A stretch of DNA of 64,000 bases from Candidatus Woesearchaeota archaeon (GCA_018646625.1 JABGUJ010000002.1:288843-352842); one strand, 5' to 3'; shown: positions 1-9,584, counted from the stretch's first letter. Notes: generated from the letters alone by a model not told the origin. Program-made: numbers and translations.

Positions 1-1
1 T

Positions 2-583
2 GCCAAGTTTTTCTTTCCAGAGAGAAATAAACATAATAGGTCTAGTAAATTTTATGCTAAGAAGTTGCATAAGTTGAGAAATTGCGATATTGTTATTCAG
101 TATTATACTCAAGAGGAAATTCATTTACAAGATGGTTTTGTCACTTATTTGGTTTCCGAGTTTATTGATGGAGAGTTGTTGAGCGAGTTTTTGAAAAGAC
201 AACCTGGTAGGCGGTTACACCCGTTCATTGCGTTGCATTTGCTCTATTCTTTAGCAAAAGGTATGGAAGAAGTGCACAGAGTAGGCGAGTATCACGGTGA
301 TTTGCATACAGAGAATATCATTGTACAAAGACACGGTTTAGGATTTGAGTTGAAGATATTAGATTTCTATAAATGGGGTTCGCCAAGTGCGGAACATAGA
401 AGAGATGATGTCATCGATATGATTAAGATATTCTATGATGTTCTTGGTGGGGCGAAGCATTACGCTGGCTTGCCAGATGAAATTAAGGATATTTGTTGCG
501 GATTGAAAAAATCGCTAATTCTGCAGAAATTTAAGACAGCAGGCCAACTAAGAGGGTATTTGGAAAGTTTTGAATGGGAATAG
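2..583 (+). CDS. Protein kinase-like (Ser/Thr kinase domain), 5'-truncated by window
   Basis: Frame open from position 2 (AKFFFPERNK...); catalytic-loop-like HGDLHTENII, ILDF and hinge-like LVSEFIDG. Confidence 0.75.
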   Translation, partial: AKFFFPERNKHNRSSKFYAKKLHKLRNCDIVIQYYTQEEIHLQDGFVTYLVSEFIDGELLSEFLKRQPGRRLHPFIALHLLYSLAKGMEEVHRVGEYHGDLHTENIIVQRHGLGFELKILDFYKWGSPSAEHRRDDVIDMIKIFYDVLGGAKHYAGLPDEIKDICCGLKKSLILQKFKTAGQLRGYLESFEWE

Positions 584-649
584 AATCTCCACTGGTCACT
601 GGACATTTTTACGCAGGTTATTTAAACCATATTAGGGATGATCTTATAA

Positions 650-1486
650 ATGGAAAATCAAACAATCAGCAGACTTACTAAACACTTTGAAGACTACGCA
701 TATGAAGAAGATAGCATTGAATTTTGGTTTGCAAGGGATTTGAAGAATCTTCTAGGATATGAACAATGGCGAAACTTCCTCAAAGTAGTAGAGAAAGCAA
801 AAGAATCCTGTAAAACTTCAGGAAACAAAGTTTTAGACCATTTTGCTGACGCCAGCAAGATGGTTAAATTGGGGTCTGGTTCAGAAAGGGAAATAAAGGA
901 TATTATGCTTACAAGATACGCTTGTTATCTTATTGCTCAGAATGGCGATCCCAGAAAAGAAGATATTGCATTTGCTCAGAGTTATTTTGCAGTTAAAACT
1001 CGAAAACAAGAGTTAATTGAAGAAAGAATTGCATTGAAAGAACGTTTTGATGCAAGGGAGAAACTTGCAAAGTCGGAAACTGAATTGTCAAAGTTGATTT
1101 ATGAACGTGGTGTCGATGATAATGGTTTTGCAAGGATAAGAAGCAAGGGAGATGCCGCACTCTTTGGTGGGAAAACTACTCTTCAAATGAAGAAAAAACT
1201 TAGTATTCCAAAAAACCGAGCGATGGCAGACTTCTTACCTACAGTCACAATCGCTGCAAAGAATTTTGCTACAGAGATTACAAATTTCAATGTTAAAAAG
1301 AATGAGTTGCAAGGTGAACAAAGAATAACTGGCGAACATGTAAGAAATAATAAAAGAGTTAGGACTGTGCTATTAGAGGATGAAATTGTTCCCGAAGATC
1401 TGCCTCCTGAAGAGGACATAAAAAAATTAGAAAGACGATTAAATAAAAGCGATGCCGAGTTAGCATTAGATTCAAAGATAAAGTGA
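650..1486 (+). CDS. dinD: DNA-damage-inducible protein D (Bro-N/DinD family)
   Basis: FWFARDL..LLGY..WRNF, DHF...KMV.LGSGSEREI.D..LTRYACYLIAQNGDPRK..IAFAQ.YFA. Confidence 0.88.
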   Translation: MENQTISRLTKHFEDYAYEEDSIEFWFARDLKNLLGYEQWRNFLKVVEKAKESCKTSGNKVLDHFADASKMVKLGSGSEREIKDIMLTRYACYLIAQNGDPRKEDIAFAQSYFAVKTRKQELIEERIALKERFDAREKLAKSETELSKLIYERGVDDNGFARIRSKGDAALFGGKTTLQMKKKLSIPKNRAMADFLPTVTIAAKNFATEITNFNVKKNELQGEQRITGEHVRNNKRVRTVLLEDEIVPEDLPPEEDIKKLERRLNKSDAELALDSKIK

Positions 1487-1502
1487 TTTAATTATATTTT
1501 AG

Positions 1503-2258
1503 TTAATCTTCTGCCTGCGACCAAAGAAGGTCAAAGAATGTTTTGTATGTGCTTGCAAAGTTTTTGTCTTTTATCATTAATCCGTATGGATTAGAGGAGT
1601 AGTTTATTAGTAGCAAAAGATCACCTGAAATAATGTATTCTGTGTTTGTGTTTATGTTAAGAAATTTTACTTTCGTTCGCAGTTCTTTTCTTCTTCTTAG
1701 GCCGTACTCTTTACTGTCATTATTAACGAGAATCTTTAGACTTACTTTGTCTGCCTTTTTCTTCTTAAAAACTACATCAATGAAAAAGCCTTCTAATTTT
1801 TTGAAAGCTTCTGCGGGTGCGGATGCAACATAGTACTCGCCACCGTTCTCCCAAGAGTTAATCAACTCTAAGAACATAGATTTTATTCCTCTTATTCCAT
1901 AGAAATATTTGAAATCACTTAACTTTTGTAATTCAGATGGCGATGCTTTAAGTTGGGATATAAAGTTGATTAACTGTTTCTTTTCGTTTTTTATTTGAAG
2001 TTCTTTTTCTTCAAACAGATGTGCAATTGCATCTGGTTCAGATGCAGAATATACTCTTATGTTGTTGATTATTTTGTAGCTTACTAATCCTTTTTCTAAG
2101 AGATTGGTAAGTATGGCATAAATGTGGGAACTGGGTATATTTGTTCTGTTGCATATTTTTCCAGTTTGGCTTTCCCCGTGTTCTCTTAAGTCTAGATAAG
2201 TTTGTGATTCTGTTTCGGATAGGCCTACAGATTTTAATGCAGTTGTTCTGTCAATCAC
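1503..2258 (-). CDS. TrmB-family transcriptional regulator (cassette 1)
   Basis: N-terminal wHTH (GLSETES.TY..L...IY.IL..L.EKGLV), G..GIK linker, C-terminal Y..FFD.LW. Confidence 0.85.
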   Translation of the reverse strand: MIDRTTALKSVGLSETESQTYLDLREHGESQTGKICNRTNIPSSHIYAILTNLLEKGLVSYKIINNIRVYSASEPDAIAHLFEEKELQIKNEKKQLINFISQLKASPSELQKLSDFKYFYGIRGIKSMFLELINSWENGGEYYVASAPAEAFKKLEGFFIDVVFKKKKADKVSLKILVNNDSKEYGLRRRKELRTKVKFLNINTNTEYIISGDLLLLINYSSNPYGLMIKDKNFASTYKTFFDLLWSQAED

Positions 2259-2331
2259 GCTACTACATCAAGTAGTAGTGAATATTTAAGTATGTGTTGT
2301 CTTTACTCAGTAGCGAAGGAGGTTGGCTAAA

Positions 2332-3393
2332 ATGAAACAAATTATTGGAATTATGTTGTTAATTGTTGTTTTAACGGGCTGTGGAAGTAATATTAATGGC
2401 CATGTTGTTCAAAGCGATAAGATAAAGGTGGGAGTTATTGCCCCATTAACTGGGCAGCTAGCAGAGTATGGAATAGCGTTTGTTAATGGACTTAATCTCG
2501 CCAGGGAAGAGTTGGGAGCAGAAGCTTTAGGATTTGAGTTTATAATTGAAGACAGCGCTTACGATCCAAAGTTGGCTGTGAGTGCGTTTAGAAAACTTAC
2601 ATCAGTAGATAAAGTTGATTTGGTTATGGATTGGGGTGCTGCAACTTCAGAAGCAATTGCCCCAATAAGCGATGAAGTTGATGTTCCATTCATTGCATTT
2701 TCTTACGATGATACTGTTCCAATAGTCAGTAGCAACGCCATTCGTGCATGGAACCCAACAACAAAATTCGGAAAGGTTATTGTTGATCATATTTCCAGTG
2801 AGAAAATTGGCATTGTTAAGACAGAGTTAACTTACCTTAACAAAATGTTGGAAGGTTTGGAGAAAGTTAGTGATGCTGACGTAATTGTGATTGATAATTA
2901 TAATTTTGGTGATAATGACTTTAGAACTTCATTGCTTAAGATTAGAAAAGAAAATATTAGCGTCGTTGGTGTTTTCTTAGCTAGCGGACAAATAAGTCAA
3001 TTTTATAAGCAAGCAAAAGAGTTGGGGATTGAGTTGGTTACGTTTGGAACTGACTTTTTTGAAAGTCAATCAGAGATTGATGCGTCTAATGGATTAATAG
3101 ACGGAGTTGTATTTCCAAACATGAAGGTTTCTGATGAGTTTAGAGAAACATATAGACTAAAGTACGGTGATGTAAGTCAAATAACATTCGCAGGTAATGC
3201 GTACGATATGACCCACATAGTTGTTCGCGAGATTAATTATAATAGCACTGCAAGTGTATTGAGTTCTCTGAAAGAAGTTAAAGAATTCAGTGGAGTGCTG
3301 GGAGAATATAACTATGCAGAAGATGATGGTGATAGATATCTTAGCCAGCCAGTTTATTTAAGACGGATCGAGAATGGCGTGGTTGTTAGTTAA
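2332..3393 (+). CDS. LivJ/LivK-type ABC substrate-binding lipoprotein (cassette 1)
   Basis: Lipobox LTGC; IKVGVIAPLTG..AEYG, EDSAYDPK.AVSAF.KL, AYD; start moved to ATG 2332 after AGGAGG. Confidence 0.85.
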   Translation: MKQIIGIMLLIVVLTGCGSNINGHVVQSDKIKVGVIAPLTGQLAEYGIAFVNGLNLAREELGAEALGFEFIIEDSAYDPKLAVSAFRKLTSVDKVDLVMDWGAATSEAIAPISDEVDVPFIAFSYDDTVPIVSSNAIRAWNPTTKFGKVIVDHISSEKIGIVKTELTYLNKMLEGLEKVSDADVIVIDNYNFGDNDFRTSLLKIRKENISVVGVFLASGQISQFYKQAKELGIELVTFGTDFFESQSEIDASNGLIDGVVFPNMKVSDEFRETYRLKYGDVSQITFAGNAYDMTHIVVREINYNSTASVLSSLKEVKEFSGVLGEYNYAEDDGDRYLSQPVYLRRIENGVVVS

Positions 3394-3441
3394 GATTCCG
3401 ATAGGTTTAAAAAAGAAGCGTTGGTTTTTGAACTTGATTAG

Positions 3442-3640
3442 GCCCCGATGGTGTAGTCCGGCCAATCATCTTGCCCTCTCGAGACAGCGAAAATCAAGAA
3501 TTTTCTTTGCCTTTCGCTTGGTCAGAGAAAGGCAAGGACTCGGGTTCGAAAGAACGTGTGGGTTGATGTTATAAAAACTGGTCAGTTGATCCTTCGCGGG
3601 ATTGTCAAACCCACTGTTATCGAAAGTCCCGATCGGGGCA
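3442..3640 (+). tRNA. tRNA-Glu(CTC) with two introns (37/38: 3482-3529; T-loop 59/60: 3551-3626)
   Basis: Acceptor GCCCCGA/TCGGGGC+A; anticodon stem TTGCC/GGCAA with CT-CTC-G; T stem TCGGG/CCCGA; BHB helices CTCT/AGAG and TTCG/CGAA; removing both introns restores a canonical cloverleaf with TTCGAAT T-loop. Confidence 0.93.
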
Positions 3641-3788
3641 TTTTCTTATTAAAAGATATACACATAATAATGGTTCAACCGTGTTGGATTCGATACGATT
3701 ATATTGAAATTAGGAATTAAGTCATTTACAATATCTCATCTCAAATGGACCAATGCAACGACTAACTCAGCTAAAAAAGGATTCACAG

Positions 3789-4166
3789 TTATTTCTTCTT
3801 AGATCTTTTTTTCTTTGAATTACTCGCAAAACACTTAAAGAAATCGAAATCTCTAGAGCCATCTGAGTTTTTACGAAAAGTAGCCATATTTAGTTTTCTT
3901 TCAATAAGTGGGCGTTTGCATTCTAAGTTTTTGATTCTTTTATCATATGACTTTACTTGTTTCAAATATCCAGATCTCGATAACTTATTTTTATTGTTAT
4001 GATCTTTTCTTGCTTTTATTTTGAGGCAAACCAAATCTTTGTGCTGATTTCCTAATCTACACATTTCAGCCTTTAGCGCTCTTACATATAGTCTCCAACA
4101 AATAACTATAAACACAAAAATCACCAAAACAAGCATCAGAACTGAAATTTTCACACCTCTTGACAT
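3789..4166 (-). CDS. Hypothetical basic protein with N-terminal membrane anchor, between convergent tRNAs
   Basis: 125-aa ORF, one hydrophobic helix then Lys/Arg-rich helical region. Confidence 0.5.
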   Translation of the reverse strand: MSRGVKISVLMLVLVIFVFIVICWRLYVRALKAEMCRLGNQHKDLVCLKIKARKDHNNKNKLSRSGYLKQVKSYDKRIKNLECKRPLIERKLNMATFRKNSDGSRDFDFFKCFASNSKKKRSKKK

Positions 4167-4278
4167 TTAACAATGTCTCACCAAGATAATTACGTTATAT
4201 CCTTTATATGTTTTACTGAATGGTTATTAGAATGCTACAAAAACTCTCCCGACAATGTTTACGGGGAATATACAGTCA

Positions 4279-4429
4279 TGGGCCCGAAGGGACTTTCGAA
4301 GAGTGTAGGTTTAACAGTCCCGCTAGGAACCAACTGACCAGTTTTTACAATGTAAACCCACTTCTCTTTTCGAACCCTCGACCCTCCGGTTAAGAGCCGG
4401 ATGCTCTAACCAGACTGAGCCACGGGCCC
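4279..4429 (-). tRNA. tRNA-Lys(CTT) with T-loop intron (59/60: 4293-4368)
   Basis: Minus strand GGGCCCGTGGCTCAGTCTGGTTAGAGCATCCGGCTCTTAACCGGAGGGTCGAGGGTTCGAA[76 nt]TCCCTTCGGGCCCA. Confidence 0.93.
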
Positions 4430-4519
4430 ATGATAGCTTTGAAAGATTCAGGTTCTTTTTTTAAACTTTTTGCTATTTCGACCGAAAACTTAATAATCAC
4501 ACAAAAAAGGTAAAGATCC

Positions 4520-5332
4520 ATGGTCAGATTCACACCATATGAGATTTCTCTCTGTCTGTATGACAAAGAAAGGACAAAAAGATTTGCTAAAGCGATAGAA
4601 AAGACGGTTAGTAAAGGAGATATAGTAATTGATGCTGGAAGTGGTACAGGCATTTTGGGATTATTGGCTGCAAAGGCAGGAGCAAAGAAAGTTTATTGCA
4701 TTGAAATTCATCCCAGATTTGCAGAGATTATAAAGAAGAACGCAGAGATAAACAAACTTCAAGACAAAATCATTGTAATAAAAGGGGATGCTAGTAGAGT
4801 TAAAATCCCTCAAAAGGCAGATGTTCTTTTATGTGAACTGCTTAGTACAGGACTGTTCTTTGAACCAGAGACAAAGGTCATTAATCATTTGAAAAAATAT
4901 CTAAAGAAAGATGCAAAAATTATTCCGGAGAAATGCGTTTCATGGGTTCAACTAGTGGATGCACAGAAAGATCTGTATGGTTTGCATCTTAATTATGATA
5001 GTAGGTCTGAACGTTTGAGAGACAAAGGACTAACTACAAAAACACAGTTTGATGAACTTAATTTTCAAGAAAAGGATGAGCCACTATGCATTAATTCAAA
5101 AATTGTTGTTGAAGGAAAAACCAACGGTTCAGCTAATGCAATACGAGTAACTAGTCGAGCGAAGCTTAGTGATAGTGTGTATACAAAGCAAAGCAGGTTT
5201 CTTTTTAATCCTACGATAGTATATTTAAAGAAGAAGATTAAGATATTAAAAGGCAAAAGTTATCTAGTGCATATCTCGTATAAGCACGGCGGAGATACGT
5301 TGGGAACAAAAGTTACAGTTAAGAGGTGTTAA
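4520..5332 (+). CDS. Class I SAM methyltransferase, protein-arginine-methyltransferase-like
   Basis: VIDAGSGTGILGLLAAKAGAKKVYCIE; ADVLLCELLSTGLFFE (double-E-loop-like); beta-rich C-terminal domain. Confidence 0.8.
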   Translation: MVRFTPYEISLCLYDKERTKRFAKAIEKTVSKGDIVIDAGSGTGILGLLAAKAGAKKVYCIEIHPRFAEIIKKNAEINKLQDKIIVIKGDASRVKIPQKADVLLCELLSTGLFFEPETKVINHLKKYLKKDAKIIPEKCVSWVQLVDAQKDLYGLHLNYDSRSERLRDKGLTTKTQFDELNFQEKDEPLCINSKIVVEGKTNGSANAIRVTSRAKLSDSVYTKQSRFLFNPTIVYLKKKIKILKGKSYLVHISYKHGGDTLGTKVTVKRC

Positions 5333-7653
5333 GTATGGTTAGGTTGAGACAAGAGATTAGGTATGATTTTCTATGGGAAAGAAGACCGTTTCACAATAAA
5401 TATCTTAACATATTTGATACGTCAAAAATATTCTCAGAATACTATAATCGTATTGGCCCAAACTCGAAAAGAACTAGACATGATAATACTGTTGACTTTT
5501 ATTATGAAATTGCCAAAGCGTGTGGCTTGAAAAAAAGCCAACTTCCGTTTTTACACAGATTTTTAGAAATAATAACAAAAGAGTTGAGTGACTGGGACAT
5601 GTTTGTACGTAAAAAGAAATTAACTCCGGATGAGTCTCGTAAGTTGGTCTGGGCTTCAGATGGTATGACACTTGAAGAGGAACTTTTGTTAACAGATAGG
5701 ATCGAATGTGATTATAATCTTGTTAAACGTTTGATAACTAAAGGTCTTAGCAAAACTGAATCTGAGAAGATTAAAAGTAGATTGCATCTTGATAATAAAT
5801 CTTTTGCGGTGTTGCGAAGTAAAACGTTGAATACAGTTAGAAAGGAGTTTAAACTAACTACAAAACTGGGTTTGAGCTTTAAGCGATATATTGAAGTTGC
5901 AGAAACAGATCTTTGTAATGTAGAAGACTATTACGGCTGGAAAAAGAAACCAAAGGGAAAGCCTAACAAGAGTCTTGAGCTTGAGATTATCAATAAAGGA
6001 AAAAGTCATTTCTACTATTACAACCACATACTATATCACCTCATAATGAATTCAGGGATTCGTGGAGATATAAAGCTGATACATTATCTCGATAATTATC
6101 TCAAACATTATCTTGAGTTGTTGTTTGTGTGTCAAGAGTTGTTGGATCTGAAGCAAGACATAAAAGAAAATAATTTTAATCTTATTGTATGGTTGTATAA
6201 ATGCATACATAAAAAAGAAAAATTGAATCTTAAGAATTATCATAAAATACTCTTGGAGAGTAAAGTGTATGATTTGCTTCTGAGTGTTGTAGATGAGAGT
6301 GCTCAGAAAACATCTATAGCATTGCTAGAGATTGAGAAACATAACAAAAAACTGTATAAGCTGCTTAGTTTATATTTTGATGGTATCGTCGAAGGACTAG
6401 ATGTGTTTTTAAGACATAGGTTCTTGAGAAATCAGAAATTAGAGAAGGCGGAAAAAATAAAAGAGCTTGTTTTGAATCCGCATCCTTGGGAAGAAACTCG
6501 CTTTAACAGAACTTTTCCAGATGATCTTAAGGTGAAGAAAAAAGCAATCAAACTTATTGCAGATGTTAGAGATGAGTTGAAAAGAATAACTAAATGTAAA
6601 GATCCTCACTACAAGCCAGGCCAGTATAACTCAATATCTTCTGCAGCTTCAAGATTGCTTAATGTTCCAACTTATCGTTGTATAATTCCATTAAGATCTA
6701 GAGGATGTAGTTTTGCTTTTATTAAAGGAGGTCCTTGCCATATTTGTGGCGTAAGAGGAGATAATTTATGGAAAAGAAGTATAACTCCTAAGCAAATTGT
6801 TGATCAATTCAAAAAAGATTTTGCAAAAATAGATTTTAAAAAGCATTCAATACTTGGAGTATATTGTAATGGCTCGTTTCTTGATGACGCTGAAGTCGAT
6901 CCTAAAGCGAGAGATACAATTCTTAAGATAATAGCAAAAGAAAAAGGGGTTTTGGAAGTTGACTTTGAGTCCCGTCCAGAGTATGTTACTCTTGCTAAAG
7001 TTAAACGTGTTAAAAAGATTCTTGGAAAGAAATTACTCACACCCTCTACAGGTTTTGATGCAATTGATGAGGATGTTAGAAACATAATAGTAAATAAAGG
7101 AATGACCCGAGAAGGGATGGAAAAAGCGACAAGTGCATTTGTAAGAGCCCATGTTAGCTCATTAGTGTACGTTGGTATTAAACCTCCATTCTTAACAGAA
7201 CGCGAAGCAATTCAGGAAGCTGTTGATACAATCGAATACTTGTTTAGAATAGGTATTGAACAGATTTCTTTAGAGCCAGTGACTGTTCAAGATTATACTT
7301 TAACTAAATATTTGTACGATCGGAAATTGTTTAGGCCAACCTGGTTGTGGAGCATAATTGAAATTCTTAAAGCAACACATACGAAGATGAACATACCATT
7401 AGTGGGTCCTGAAGTAGTGGGGGGTTTTGTATTCTTTCCATTACCTAAAGTTGTTGCGCATAATTGTCCTAAATGCGACAAAAAAGTTGTTGCCGCCCTT
7501 AATAAGTTCTCAGAAACACAAGATATTCGTGTTTTTGATAAGTTGAAATGTTCTTGTAAAAAGCAATGGGAAAAAGAAGTTGAGAAGGATGCTCCACCTC
7601 TGTATGAGAGAATTGTTTCTACATTGGAGAAAGCTAAAAAGATAAAGAAGTAG
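5326..7653 (+). CDS. Fusion: all-alpha N-terminal domain plus RaSEA-like (archaeosine pathway-type) radical SAM domain
   Basis: C-half LRSRGCSFAFIKGGPCHICG, NGSFLDDAEV, FESRPEYVT, KPPFLTEREAI, LFRPTWLWSI, AHNCPKCD; about 400 extra N-terminal residues. Confidence 0.8.
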   Translation: MLSMVRLRQEIRYDFLWERRPFHNKYLNIFDTSKIFSEYYNRIGPNSKRTRHDNTVDFYYEIAKACGLKKSQLPFLHRFLEIITKELSDWDMFVRKKKLTPDESRKLVWASDGMTLEEELLLTDRIECDYNLVKRLITKGLSKTESEKIKSRLHLDNKSFAVLRSKTLNTVRKEFKLTTKLGLSFKRYIEVAETDLCNVEDYYGWKKKPKGKPNKSLELEIINKGKSHFYYYNHILYHLIMNSGIRGDIKLIHYLDNYLKHYLELLFVCQELLDLKQDIKENNFNLIVWLYKCIHKKEKLNLKNYHKILLESKVYDLLLSVVDESAQKTSIALLEIEKHNKKLYKLLSLYFDGIVEGLDVFLRHRFLRNQKLEKAEKIKELVLNPHPWEETRFNRTFPDDLKVKKKAIKLIADVRDELKRITKCKDPHYKPGQYNSISSAASRLLNVPTYRCIIPLRSRGCSFAFIKGGPCHICGVRGDNLWKRSITPKQIVDQFKKDFAKIDFKKHSILGVYCNGSFLDDAEVDPKARDTILKIIAKEKGVLEVDFESRPEYVTLAKVKRVKKILGKKLLTPSTGFDAIDEDVRNIIVNKGMTREGMEKATSAFVRAHVSSLVYVGIKPPFLTEREAIQEAVDTIEYLFRIGIEQISLEPVTVQDYTLTKYLYDRKLFRPTWLWSIIEILKATHTKMNIPLVGPEVVGGFVFFPLPKVVAHNCPKCDKKVVAALNKFSETQDIRVFDKLKCSCKKQWEKEVEKDAPPLYERIVSTLEKAKKIKK

Positions 7654-8733
7654 TTAGGTGTACACAACCGAATTGTCTTTTGCATCTGCTATAACTAGAG
7701 GCATTCGTACTTCTCCGTGTTTGTTGAAAGTCATCTGACCGTTCATACCCTCAAAATCTAAAGCAAATATTGTTTCTTTCAAATTCTTTGGTTCTTTGGA
7801 TAATTCATCTAAGATGAGCATCACATCATGACCAAAGGGTGCAAGAAAGTCAGGTTCAACATCGAATGTTGTTCTGTATCGATCAAAAAAGTTATCTTGG
7901 TTGTTATTGATGAATGCTATTGGAACAACAGCAAAAACGTCTTCAAACAAATCTAGTCCTGCTTCTTGTTTAACGAAATCGCTTTGGATATGGATTGTAG
8001 ATACTACAGGAATGTGCGTCATCCCTAACTCTTTTCGTTGACGTAGAATATTAATTAAGTGCGGAGGATAACCTATCACATACAATACATCAGGATTGAG
8101 TTCTCTTATTTTCATTAGACTTGTTCTATAATCTAGTTCTGCAATTTCAAAAACTTCTTCTTGTATTATTTCCCCATCGAAATATGATTCTAACATCGTC
8201 GCCATGGTGTTACCAAACTCGTCAAACACAGTTAGTGTTGCGGCGGTCGTATAGTTTCGGGCTTTCATAAACTGCGCAGTTTTTTCTAGTTGATCTTCAG
8301 GTATAGGCCATACTAAGAATGCATTATCGCTTCTTCTAGAGAACTCGCTCGCAGGTAGTGTGGTTAATGTGGAAAGTAAAGGTATGTCGTATTGATCTGC
8401 AACAGCTAGTAGTGGCATTGAAACTTGTGCTTGTAAAGCTACAATAAGATCTATATCTTGAGTGTCAAGAATTCTTCGAGTTATTGTTATGGCCTCAGCA
8501 GGAATGGTGCGCGTGTCATCAATATGTAAAACCACGGTTGAGTTTAGTTCTTTATGTTTTAATTCTACAGCTCTCAAGAAGTCATGACCAACTTGAGCAG
8601 CTTTTCCTGTTAACGGAAGAACTAGTGCAACATCAAAACTGTCAGATGCAACCACAGATCCTGTAAGGGATTGTTGCCCACCACAAGCAGTTAGTAGGAG
8701 AATTCCCATTAGCACGAAAATTATTTTGTTCAT
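7654..8733 (-). CDS. LivJ/LivK-type ABC substrate-binding lipoprotein (cassette 2)
   Basis: Lipobox LTAC; VALVLPLTG.AA.VG, DYRTSLMKI, FEGMNG..TF. Confidence 0.82.
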   Translation of the reverse strand: MNKIIFVLMGILLLTACGGQQSLTGSVVASDSFDVALVLPLTGKAAQVGHDFLRAVELKHKELNSTVVLHIDDTRTIPAEAITITRRILDTQDIDLIVALQAQVSMPLLAVADQYDIPLLSTLTTLPASEFSRRSDNAFLVWPIPEDQLEKTAQFMKARNYTTAATLTVFDEFGNTMATMLESYFDGEIIQEEVFEIAELDYRTSLMKIRELNPDVLYVIGYPPHLINILRQRKELGMTHIPVVSTIHIQSDFVKQEAGLDLFEDVFAVVPIAFINNNQDNFFDRYRTTFDVEPDFLAPFGHDVMLILDELSKEPKNLKETIFALDFEGMNGQMTFNKHGEVRMPLVIADAKDNSVVYT

Positions 8734-8828
8734 AGATAAAGGATTAGTTCATAGAATATATATCTTAGTCCACCTCAAGGGGTGAACAATCGATAGATTT
8801 TAATAGAAAAGGCGTCTACCTACATAAT

Positions 8829-9584
8829 ATGAACATCACAATGCTTGAGAAACTAGGATTTACTAATGGTGAGATACGCGTGTACAGCGCACTCTTAAGA
8901 TTAGGAGAAAGCTCATCAGGTTCAATAATAGTTAAATCAAAAGTTTCTAGATCTAAAGTTTATGAGATCTTGGAAAGATTGAAAGAAAAAGGATTGGTAA
9001 GTGAATGCACTAGATCTGGTGTGAAGCATTTCCAGCCATTATCTCCAAAAAGAATTCTTGATTATATTCATAGAAAAGAGAAAACATTGATGAAACAAAA
9101 AGAAGATTTCAAAGAAGTCTTACCAACACTTATGCAATTACAGAAAGAGAATGAAGAAGAACAAGAGTTGAAAGCGTATGTTGGAATTGAAGGCATTAAA
9201 ACATATTTTGAAGATACACTAAACAATCTAGATGAAAACAATGAATATCTTGCTATGACCTTCTCTGAAAAGTCTTGGCAAAGTAAATCTCTCTCGCTTT
9301 TATTTAAGAAATTTCACCAACAAAGAGCAGAGAAAGGAATCAAAGCAAAAGTTATTACTAATGATAAGAACTTAGAATCTCAAAAACATGTGAATCTTTC
9401 GGAAACGGGATTGTATGAGTTTAAAACAGTTGATGTTGTTCTACCAACAGGGATTGCGATTTCTGGAGATTGTGTTGCAACATTTGTATGGGGAAAAAGC
9501 CCTAGAATCTTCTCAATCCTTTGTAAGAATAATGCAGAACAATATAGAAAATTCTTTTATGATTTATGGAATAAGGGGAATTAG
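8829..9584 (+). CDS. TrmB-family transcriptional regulator (cassette 2)
   Basis: LEKLGFT.GEI.VY.ALL.LG, SRSKVY.IL..L.EKGLV, Y.GIEGIK. Confidence 0.88.
   Translation: MNITMLEKLGFTNGEIRVYSALLRLGESSSGSIIVKSKVSRSKVYEILERLKEKGLVSECTRSGVKHFQPLSPKRILDYIHRKEKTLMKQKEDFKEVLPTLMQLQKENEEEQELKAYVGIEGIKTYFEDTLNNLDENNEYLAMTFSEKSWQSKSLSLLFKKFHQQRAEKGIKAKVITNDKNLESQKHVNLSETGLYEFKTVDVVLPTGIAISGDCVATFVWGKSPRIFSILCKNNAEQYRKFFYDLWNKGN

Noticed and set aside
3374..3574. 66-aa ORF, and likewise ORF 4390-4653
   Set aside because: They overlap tRNA genes or lie antisense to a real gene; spurious.
3551..3626. T-loop intron as hammerhead ribozyme, C/D guide or tRNA mimic
   Set aside because: No CUGANGA core or C/D boxes; the D-loop-like CTGGTCA and T-loop-like hairpin resemblance does not hold well in the Lys copy.
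3641..4278. Integrated element at tRNA 3' ends
   Set aside because: No integrase and no duplicated tRNA 3' end (att site) seen; the flanking inverted similarity is explained by the two introns.
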